Source: Ranitomeya imitator | Lineage: Eukaryota | Direction: 5' to 3' | DNA length: 64,000 nt | Assembly (NCBI RefSeq): GCF_032444005.1 | Contig: NC_091282.1 | Span: 1,228,592,001-1,228,656,000, forward strand | Shown: piece by piece, positions 36,677-46,174 of the stretch | Layout of the letters: each line of letters opens with the position of its first letter | Position numbering within the stretch: position 1 is the first letter of the stretch | Notes under the pieces: model-generated | Told to the model about the DNA's origin: nothing | The model's database searches: none | What the model saw: the letters and a program-made list of their open reading frames with translations, nothing else | Translations under genes and position numbers: made by a program

Positions 36677-39600
36677 GTACTGTAAGTGTCTTCTCCCATT
36701 TCTGGCGCCGCTGTCAAAGTTAAACCGTTGTAGAAACATTTTGTTAAACAATGAGGTATCAGAAGTCAAAGCCTAGCCAAGCAGATGTGGAGAGGATGGA
36801 TTCAATTTCAGGTTAGAAGGACACTCAAGCATCAGTCCTCCTCTTCCTCTGATTTCTCTTCCCAAAGTCCTCTTCTTCCTCTTGTGTCTCTTCCTGCAGT
36901 CCTCCTCTTCCTCTGATTTCTCTTCCCAAAGTCCTCTTCTTCCTCTGATTTCTCTTCCTGCAGTCCCCCTCTTCCTCTGTTTTCTCTTCCTGCAGTCCTC
37001 TTCTTCCTCTGATTTCTCTTCCTGCCGTCCTCTTCTTCCTCTGATTTCTTTTCCTGCAGTCCTCTTCTTCCTCTTTTTTCTCTTCCTGCAGTCCTCTTCT
37101 TCCTCTTGTTTCTCTCCCTGCAGTCCTCTTCTTCCTCTTGTTTCTCTTCCTGCAGCCCTCTTCTTCCTCTTATTTCTCTTCCTGCAGTACTCTTCTTCCT
37201 CTTATTTCTCACCCTGCAGTCCTCTTCTTCCTCTTGTTTCTCTTCCTGCAGTCCTCTTCTTCCTCTTGTTTCTCTTCCTGCAGTCCTTTTCTTCCTCGGA
37301 TTTCTCTCCCTGCAGTCCTCTTCTTCCTCTTGTTTCTCTTCCTGCAGTCCTCTTCCTCCTCTGATTTCTCTTCCTGCAGTCCTCTTCTTCCTCTTGTGTC
37401 TCCTCCTGCAGTCCTCCTCTTCCTCTGATTTCTCTTCCCAAAGTCCTCTTCTTCCTCTCCCTGCAGTCCTCTTCTTCCTCTTGTTTCTCTTCCTGCAGTC
37501 TTCTTCTTCCTCTTGTTTCTCTTCCTGCAGTCCCCTTCTTCATCTGATATCTCTTCCTGCAGTCCTCTTCTTCCTCTGTTTTCTCTTCCTGCAGTCCTCT
37601 TCTTCCTCTGATTTATTTTCCTCCTGTCCTCTTCTTCCTCTGATTTCTCTTCCTGCAGTCCTCTTCTTCCTCTGATTTTGTTTCCTGCAGTCCTCTTCTT
37701 CCTCTGATTTCGTTTCCTGCAGTCCTCTTCTTACTCTGATTTCTCTTCCTGCAGTCCTCTTCTTCCCTCTTATTTCTCTCCCGGCAGTCCTCTTCTTCCT
37801 CTGATTTCTTTTCCTGCAGTCCTCTTCTTCCTCTTGTTTCTCTTCCTGCAGTCCTCTTCTTCCTCTGATTTCTCTTCCTGCAGTCCCCCTCTTCCTCTGT
37901 TTTCTCTTCCTGCAGTCCTCTTCTTCCTCTGATTTCTCTTCCTGCCGTCCCCCTCTTCCTCTGATTTCTTTCCCTGCAGTCCTCTTCTTCCTCTTGTTTC
38001 TCTTCCTGCAGTCCTCTTCTTCCTCTTGTTTCTCTTCCTGCAGTCCTTTTCTTCCTCGGATTTCTCTCCCTGCAGTCCTCTTCTTCCTCTTGTTTCTCTT
38101 CCTGCAGTCCTCTTCCTCCTCTGATTTCTCTTCCTGCAGTCCTCTTCTTCCTCTTGTGTCTCCTCCTGCAGTCCTCCTCTTCCTCTGATTTCTCTTCCCA
38201 AAGTCCTCTTCTTCCTCTCCCTGCAGTCCTCTTCTTCCTCTTGTTTCTCTTCCTGCAGTCTTCTTCTTCCTCTTGTTTCTCTTCCTGCAGTCCCCTTCTT
38301 CATCTGATATCTCTTCCTGCAGTCCTCTTCTTCCTCTGTTTTCTCTTCCTGCAGTCCTCTTCTTCCTCTGATTTATTTTCCTCCTGTCCTCTTCTTCCTC
38401 TGATTTCTCTTCCTGCAGTCCTCTTCTTCCTCTGATTTTGTTTCCTGCAGTCCTCTTCTTCCTCTGATTTCGTTTCCTGCAGTCCTCTTCTTACTCTGAT
38501 TTCTCTTCCTGCAGTCCTCTTCTTCCCTCTTATTTCTCTCCCGGCAGTCCTCTTCTTCCTCTGATTTCTTTTCCTGCAGTCCTCTTCTTCCTCTTGTTTC
38601 TCTTCCTGCAGTCCTCTTCTTCCTCTGATTTCTCTTCCTGCAGTCCCCCTCTTCCTCTGTTTTCTCTTCCTGCAGTCCTCTTCTTCCTCTGATTTCTCTT
38701 CCTGCCGTCCCCCTCTTCCTCTGATTTCTTTCCCTGCAGTCCTCTTCTTCCTCTTGTTTCTCTTCCTGCAGTCCTCTTCTTCCTCTGATTTCTCTTCCTG
38801 CAGTCCCCCTCTTCCTCTGTTTTCTCTTCCTGCAGTCCTCTTCTTCCTCTGATTTCTCTTCCTGCCATCCCCCTCTTCCTCTGATTTCTTTCCCTGCAGT
38901 CCTCTTCTTCCTCTGTTTTCTCTTCCTGCAGTCCTCTTCTTCCTCTGATTTCTCTTCCTGCCGTCCTCTTCTTCCTCTGATTTCTTTTCCTGCAGTCCTC
39001 TTCTTCCTCTTGTTTCTCTTCCTGCAGTCCTCTTCTTCCTCTTGTTTCTCTCCCTGCAGTCCTCTTCTTCCTCTTGTTTCTCTTCCTGCAGCCCTCTTCT
39101 TCCTCTTATTTCTCTTCCTGCAGTCCTCTTCTTCCTATTATTTCTCTCCCTGCAGTCCTCTTCTTCCTCTTGTTTCTCTTCTTGCAGTCCTCTTCTTCCT
39201 CTTGTTTCTCTTCCCAAAGTCCTTTTCTTCCTCGGATTTCTCTCCCTGCAGTCCTCTTCTTCCTCTTGTTTCTCTTCCTGCAGTCCTCTTCCTCCTCTGA
39301 TTTCTCTTCCTGCAGTCCTCTTCTTCCTCTTGTGTCTCTTCCTGCAGTCCTCCTCTTCCTCTGATTTCTCTTCCCAAAGTCCTCTTCTTCCTCTTGTATC
39401 TCTTCCTGCAGTCCTCCTCTTCCTCTGATTTCTCTTCCCAAAGTCCTCTTCTTCCTCTTATTTCTCTCCCTGCAGTCCTCTTCTTCCTCTTGTTTCTCTT
39501 TTTGCAGTCTTCTTCTTCCTCTTGTTTCTCTTCCTGCAGTCCTCTTCTTCATCTGATATCTCTTCCTGCAGTCCTCTTCTTCCTCTTATTTCTCTTCCCG

Positions 39601-39989
39601 CAGTCCTCTTCTTCCTCTTATTTCTCTCCCTGCAGTCCTCTTCTTCCTCTGATTTCTTTTCCTCCTGTCCTCTTCTTCCTCTGATTTCTCTTCCTGCAGT
39701 CCTCTTCTTCCTCTGATTTCGTTTCCTGCAGTCCTCCTCTTCCTCTGATTTTGTTTCCTGCAGTCCTCTTCTTCCTCTGATTTCGTTTCCTGCAGTCCTC
39801 TTCTTCCTCTGATTTCTCTTCCTGCAGTCCTCTTCTTCCTCTGATTTCTCTTCCTGCAGTCTTCAACTAGCTTAATTGTTCACAATAATAGTAATTTTGA
39901 TCAAGGATGACAAAACTTTTACATGCCACCCTTTCTATCTGTCCATTTTTCAACATCTTTCTTTTATCACTTTGATATTTCACATTTAG

Positions 39990-40067
39990 TACTAATGCCA
40001 CCACAACCTCCTACAAGTCCAATGTTACAGAAGACATGGATATCATAAATATGAGAAGTATCACTAG
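39990..40067 (+). CDS. Candidate repeated exon, copy 7
   Basis: Open frame; same type as copy 5. Confidence 0.45.
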
Positions 40068-41829
40068 GTACTGTAAGTGTCTTCTCCCATTTCTGGCGCC
40101 GCTGTCAAAGTTAAACCGTTGTAGAAACATTTTGTTAAACAATGAGGTATCAGAAGTCAAAGCCTAGCCAAGCAGATGTGGAGAGGATGGATTCAATTTC
40201 AGGTTAGAAGGACACTCAAGCATCAGTCCTCCTCTTCCTCTGATTTCTCTTCCCAAAGTCCTCTTCTTCCTCTTGTGTCTCTTCCTGCAGTCCTCCTCTT
40301 CCTATGATTTCTCTTCCCAAAGTCCTCTTCTTCCTCTTGTTTCTCTTCCTGCAGTCCTCTTCTTCCTCTGATTTCTCTTCCTGCAGTCCCCCTCTTCCTC
40401 TTGTTTCTCTTCCTGCAGTCCTCTTCTTCCTCTGATTTCTCTTCCTTCAGTCCTCTTTTTCCCTCTTATTTCTCTCCCGTCAGTCCTCTTCTTCCTCTGA
40501 TTTCTTTTCCTGCAGTCCTCTTCTTCCTCTTGTTTCTCTTCCTGCAGTCCTCTTCTTCCTCTGATTTCTCTTCCTGCAGTCCCCCTCTTCCTCTGTTTTC
40601 TCTTCCTGCAGTCCTCTTCTTCCTCTGATTTCTCTTCCTGCCGTCCCCCTCTTCCTCTGATTTCTTTCCCTGCAGTCCTCTTCTTCCTTTGTTTTCTCTT
40701 CCTGCAGTCCTCTTCCTCCTCTGATTTCTTTTCCTGCAGTCCTCTTCTTCCTCTGATTTCTCTTCCTGCCGTCCTCTTCTTCCTCTGATTTCTTTTCCTG
40801 CAGTCCTCTTCTTCCTCTTGTTTCTCTTCCTGCAGTCCTCTTCTTCCTCTTGTTTCTCTCCCTGCAGTCCTCTTCTTCCTCTTGTTTCTCTTCCTGCAGC
40901 CCTCTTCTTCCTCTTATTTCTCTTCCTGCAGTCCTCTTCTTCTTCTTATTTCTCTCCCTGCAGTCCTCTTCTTCCTCTTGTTTCTCTTCCTGCAGTCCTC
41001 TTCTTCCTCTTGTTTCTCTTCCTGCAGTCCTTTTCTTCCTCGGATTTCTCTCCCTGCAGTCCTCTTCTTCCTCTTGTTTCTCTTCCTGCAGTCCTCTTCC
41101 TCCTCTGATTTCTCTTCCTGCAGTCCTCTTCTTCCTCTTGTGTCTCTTCCTGCAGTCCTCTTCTTCCTCTGATTTCTCTTCCCAAAGTCCTCTTCTTCCT
41201 CTTATTTCTCTCCCTGCAGTCCTCTTCTTCCTCTTGTTTCTCTTCCTGCAGTCTTCTTCTTCCTCTTGTTTCTCTTCCTGCAGTCCCCTTCTTCATCTGA
41301 TATCTCTTCCTGCAGTCCTCTTCTTCCTCTGTTTCCTCTTCCCGCAGTCCTCTTCTTCCTCTTATTTCTCTTCCTGCAGTCCTCTTCTTCCTCTGATTTC
41401 TCTTCCTGCAGTCCTCTTCTTCCTCTGATTTCTTTTCCTGCAGTCCCCCTCTTCCTCTGATTTCTCTTCCTGTAGTCTTCTTCTTCCTCTTGTTTCTCTT
41501 CCTGCGGTCCTCTTCTTCCTCTGATTTCTTTTCCTGCAGTCCTCTTCTTCCTCTTGTTTCTCTTCCTGCAGTCCTCTTCTTCCTCTGATTTCTTTTCCTG
41601 CAGTCCTCTTCTTCCTCTTGTTTCTCTTCCTGCAGTCCTCCTCTTCCTCTGATTTATTTTCCTGCAGTCCTCTTCTTCCTCTGATTTCTTTTCCTGCAGT
41701 CTTCAACCAGCTTAATTGTTCACAATAATAGTAATTTTGATCAAGGATGACAAAACTTTTACATGCCACTCCCTCTATCTGTCCATTTTTCTACATCTTT
41801 CTTTTATCACTTTGATATTTCACATTTAG

Positions 41830-41907
41830 TACTAATGCCACCACAACCTCCTACAAGTCCAATGTTACAGAAGACACTGATTTCATAAATATGAGAAGTA
41901 TCACTAG
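41830..41907 (+). CDS. Candidate repeated exon, copy 8
   Basis: Open frame; same type as copy 4. Confidence 0.45.
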
Positions 41908-43319
41908 GTACTGTAAGTGTCTTCTCCCATTTCTGGCGCCGCTGTCAAAGTTAAACCGTTGTAGAAACATTTTGTTAAACAATGAGGTATCAGAAGTCAA
42001 AGCCTAGCCAAGCAGATGTGGAGAGGATGGATTCAATTTCAGGTTAGAAGGACACTCAAGCATCTGTTAACATAGAAACTGATGCCCTACGAGGACGACC
42101 ATATGAACTCACTGCATTCCCCAACTAGCCTAATCTATGTAACTCTGCCCAGTTTGCGCTCACAGCTTCCAGTCCATTACTGCTTTAATGTCTGGTGGAG
42201 ACACTCCTATGGGAATTAATTAGAAAGTGCTCAACATTGCAGGCAGATTATCCCACCACCTAGGTTGTTTTTCGTGCTACTGTCTGATCCGAGCATGAAA
42301 TCTTACATTGTTGAGTTGCATCTGGTTTCATTTGCTTCCATAGACATTTATGATGTGCGGATCTAAGTCCTAGAGACGAGAAGAGGCCTAAAGCTTCCTA
42401 AAAATATAGTTCTGCGAGCGCAAGGAAAGTGGTAAGATTATCGGGCTGGCAGGAGGCACCATGCACATTCTGGGATCGTCCACGGTAGCACAATGGTTGA
42501 CATCTATACGGAGTGGGCCACGTATCAAGTCAATGCACCGTACTTGACCACGCTGTTTAGAGTGCTAACAAAGAGGAGGAAGCATTTTAACTTAAGGAAA
42601 CCTCTGTGTTATGACATTGTTGGTACCCCACAGGTATCCGACCCTTTTAACAGTTGCTGTATATATTATATCAATCAACTGAAAAATGGAAGATATCTCT
42701 GGAAGGGTTTTCTCATCATCATAAATGGCTACAATTGCCAAGTGTGGGATAATAAGAAACTAAGCAAATGTCCCATAATTAAAATTATTGGTTTACTCCC
42801 CATTACTAAGGTAACCAGTCACCTTTACAACCTTTTTCAGTGGTGGCTGGCTTCTAAGCCAAGGAGCTTATGCTTGCCGGTAATATCTGCTACGGAGCTT
42901 GCAAGTGCTGCTCGGAGCTGGCTGGATCATTGGGGCTTGAAGGCTTTAGAACCGCTCAATGCTCCGATGCTGCAGAAGCAGAACTGCAACTGCTTAAAGT
43001 ATTGTCAAGAGCAAAGTTCATGCATGGTTGAGCCACTGGGCTGAAATATCAGTCATCATGAACACATGGTTCCTAATCAAGCAGGAACAGTGCCTTTACA
43101 GTATTGTAAGGGTAAGAAAAATTCAAATCTACCACTGTGTAATTGTAAATTTACAATAAGAAACCACTTTATTCTTTTAAAATGAAAAAAACTATAGTAT
43201 CTTGATAGATCATGATTACAAATCAGTTGTCAGGGTCACCTGGTAGGGTAGATCCTCAAGACTAAGGTCTGGGTGGGCTCATGGGCCACAGGCATTGGTA
43301 CTGCAGGCAGGTGGAAAAG

Positions 43320-44195
43320 AGGTAGCCGAGATACTGGAAGCCATAGATCTACAGGAAACTACGAAGCAGGTAGCCGAGGTCCTGGTGACCACAGACAGGT
43401 AGCAGAGGTCCTGAAGGCCCTAGGCAGGCAGGAGATTAGGAATAGGTAGCAGAGGTACTGGAGCCCATAGGCAGACAGGAGACCAGGAAGCAGGTAACAG
43501 AAGTTTTGGAGACCAGAGACAGGTAGCAGAGGACCTTGAGGCCTCAGGCAGACAGGAGAATAGGAATAGGTAGCAGAGGTACTGGAGATCATAGGCAGAC
43601 AGGAGACAGGCAACATAGGTCCTGGAGACCACAGGCAGATAGCAGAGGTCCTGGAAGCCCCAGGCAGACAGGAGATCAGGAAATGGTAGCAGAGTTACTG
43701 GAGCCCATAGGCCGATAGGAGATCAGGAAGCAGGTAACAGAGAACCTGGAGACCAGAGACAGGTAGCAAAGGTCCTGGAGGCCCCAGGCAGACAGGAGAT
43801 TAGGAATAGGTAGCAGTGGTACTGGAGACCATAGGCAGATAGGAGACCAGGAGGCAGGCAACAGAGTTCCTGGAGACCACAGACAGGTAGCAGAGGTCCT
43901 GGAGGCCCCAGGCAGACAGGAGCTCAGGAATACATAGCAGAGGTACTGGAGCCCATAGGCAGACAGGAGACAACCAACATAGGTCCTGAAGACCACAGAC
44001 AAGTAGCAGAGGTCCTGGAGGCCCCAGGCAGACAGGAGCTAAGGAATACGTAGCAGAGGTACTGGAGCCCATAGGCAGACAGGAGACAAGCAACAACGGG
44101 CCTGAAGACCACAGACAGGTAGCAGAGGTCCTGGAGGCCCCAGGCAGACAGGAGATCAGAAATAGGCAGCAGAGGTACTGGAGACCATAGGCAGA
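43320..44195. repeat. Degenerate ~116-124-bp tandem repeat built from ~47-bp subunits
   Basis: Recurring AGCAGAGGTCCTGGAGGCCCCAGGCAGACAGGAG / AGCAGAGGTACTGGAGCCCATAGGCAGACAGGAG motifs, about 7 periods. Confidence 0.8.
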
Positions 44196-44214
44196 AAAAA
44201 TGTAAGTGTATGGG

Positions 44215-45225
44215 CATGCAGTGATGAGAGCATCTTCTCTTTCAATATGGAGCAGAACATCTGTGACTTCATGGTACTATCAATGAAATGTAACTTCACC
44301 ATAGCACTCATGCAGCCCTACATAAGGACACTGCCACCACCATGTTTCCCTGTAGATACCAGACATTTTTCTTTGTACTCCTCAATTTTGCGACACTAAA
44401 CAGTTTTGAAGCCATCAGTTCCAAAAAATGTATCTCTTTGTCTCTTCAGTCCTGAGTGTAGAGTCACAGTATCCTCATATTTTTCAGCGTGGGCCCTGGC
44501 AAATTACAGGTGGCTTTTTTATGCATGGGCTTTAGGAGAAGCTTACTTTGTAGATGACACCCATGCATGCCATTCCTTTATAGCGCACACTGCTTTGAGT
44601 CGTGGGAAACACTCACCCTGTTTGCTTTCTACTTCTTTAGCCAACTGCAGTGAATTACACGCTGATTTTCTTCCCCCTTCTCATCAGAAAATGCTCCTGT
44701 TTTGGTCATAACTTCTGTGGGTGGCCTGGACATCTATTTGAGATGCTGCAGTTCTTCTCTGTTAAATTTTGGCATCACTTTTATTCCAGTATCTGACCGA
44801 TAAGTAAAGCTTTGCTGATCTTCTTGTAGCCTTCACTTTCTTTTGTGAAGACATATTTTCTTTCTCGGGTCTTGTGACATTTCTCTTCCATGTGGTGCCA
44901 TTGATGGCAACATATAATGGGAATCGTTTTCTTTAATAATTAACACCCATTACAGTTATCTGTCTACTGGACACCCATGTAGTGAATAATTACACTTACC
45001 TGTGATGAAATTCTTGTTAATTAGCATTTTGTAGTCAAAGACTTTCTTATGTTTTGTGACGTTTCTCTTCCATGTGGTGCCATTGCTGACAACATGAAAT
45101 GGGAATGCTTTTTTTTAAATTACATAATGCCCTTTACAATCATCTGTTTACTTGACACCTTTGTAGTGAATAATTACACTTACCTGTGATTAAATTCTTG
45201 TTAATTAGCATTTTGTAGTCAAACT
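44215..45225 (-). mobile_element. Tc1-like transposon remnant (transposase pseudogene)
   Basis: Minus strand gives MAPHGREMSQD..RKKI (ATG at 44901) and EKCLVSTGKHGGGSVLM*GCMSA..LHFIDSTMKSQMFCSILKEKML, containing the Tc1 KHGGGSV motif. The C-terminal part is missing. Confidence 0.85.
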
Positions 45226-46174
45226 TTAGCTTTGCTCCTAATACTTTCACTGGGGTGTACTCATGTTTGCAACATGGTCTTGAATGAAGTTGTTAGAAAA
45301 GCTACTCTTTTAGCAGTGAAATAGTCTCCTATGGACCACATTTGTGGGAGTATTTTGTAGCATGTGAACGCATAGAAAATGTTTAGTCTGAAATGAAAGA
45401 TTTTCTGAGAAGTCTATTGAGATGTACTCATTTAGGTTGAGCGCTGTCTGTATGTATATACAGTATATACATATATACAGTATATACACTTGAATACATA
45501 TGTTTACAAAAATATATATACAGTATAAGAACATTTTGTTATATAAAACATACAGGAGGTGACTGTACACTCTAGGTATTAACCCATCTTGACATGGTTC
45601 CCATCAATTCTAGATTTCCCAACTTGCATATTTGAAAGCGCTCTACATAGTCATTGTTGTTGGGAGACTGGCATGAACCGCGTATTGGTTTGGTGTCTTT
45701 TGGGTATAATGTTTTATAAAAGTCTAACACCATAAACAGAAACAAGAATAATGAACCTTTTGTTACATTGAAGCTGCAGAACTGTGAATTAGCGTTTGAT
45801 TTGACAGCCAACATCTACTTTGCTGTTATTCTTCTCATGGCCAGAAGCTAAGCCCCGGCTATGATTCCGCTGGGCTTATGACTTTGACAAAGGGCGATTA
45901 TTTTTCCTTGTTTCAATAATATATAATCCACCCAGGGCTATGGGAGCCATTAACCATACTGCCCAGGAATATTTTTTGGAGGCATCTAAAACTGATGGAC
46001 CCCAGAGAGACATCATTAACTCACTTTTTGGTAACAATGGCTGGAGCTGTGAACATTTCCAGTTACAGGAGATTTACAGACTGGATGAGCTTTTTCACAT
46101 CCAGTGAACTTTTATAAAACTTCTAACACCTTGGAATAAAGTTGCTTTTGATACCTAATGGTTACAAAATTCAT

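Larger units (their letters stand above)
15830..41699. repeat. 32-bp pyrimidine-rich minisatellite, roughly 700 units in 8 tracts
   Basis: Consensus TCCTCTTCTTCCTCTGATTTCTCTTCCTGCAG (27/32 pyrimidines, one PstI site). Degenerate from ~15830, regular from ~16370, interrupted by 365-bp spacers. The unit count is estimated from length. Confidence 0.97.
21104..42064. repeat. Higher-order macrosatellite: 8 near-identical 365-bp spacers between minisatellite tracts
   Basis: Spacer TCTTCAACTAGC...GGACACTCAAGCATC at 21104, 23678, 27180, 31901, 34789, 36469, 39860 and 41700. Periods are 2574, 3502, 4721, 2888, 1680, 3391 and 1840 bp. The last copy runs into unique sequence. Confidence 0.97.

Noticed and set aside
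16454-41769. Dozens of long ORFs (R/K/E-rich on minus, up to 367 aa; F/L/S-rich on plus)
   Set aside because: The 32-bp consensus has no stop codon in any frame, so ORFs appear automatically. Three units give the 32-aa periodicity, ORFs overlap in all frames, and indels are not constrained to multiples of three.
16370-42064. CRISPR-like repeat/spacer appearance
   Set aside because: The units are directly adjacent, the spacers are near-identical 365-bp copies rather than unique 30-40-mers, there are no cas genes, and the context is eukaryotic.
42493-43044. 183-aa ORF just after the array
   Set aside because: No recognisable domain or compositional signal; it cannot be supported without a database search.
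44449-44508. Apparent 60-nt phase 2-2 exon on the plus strand
   Set aside because: It lies antisense within the Tc1 transposase remnant.
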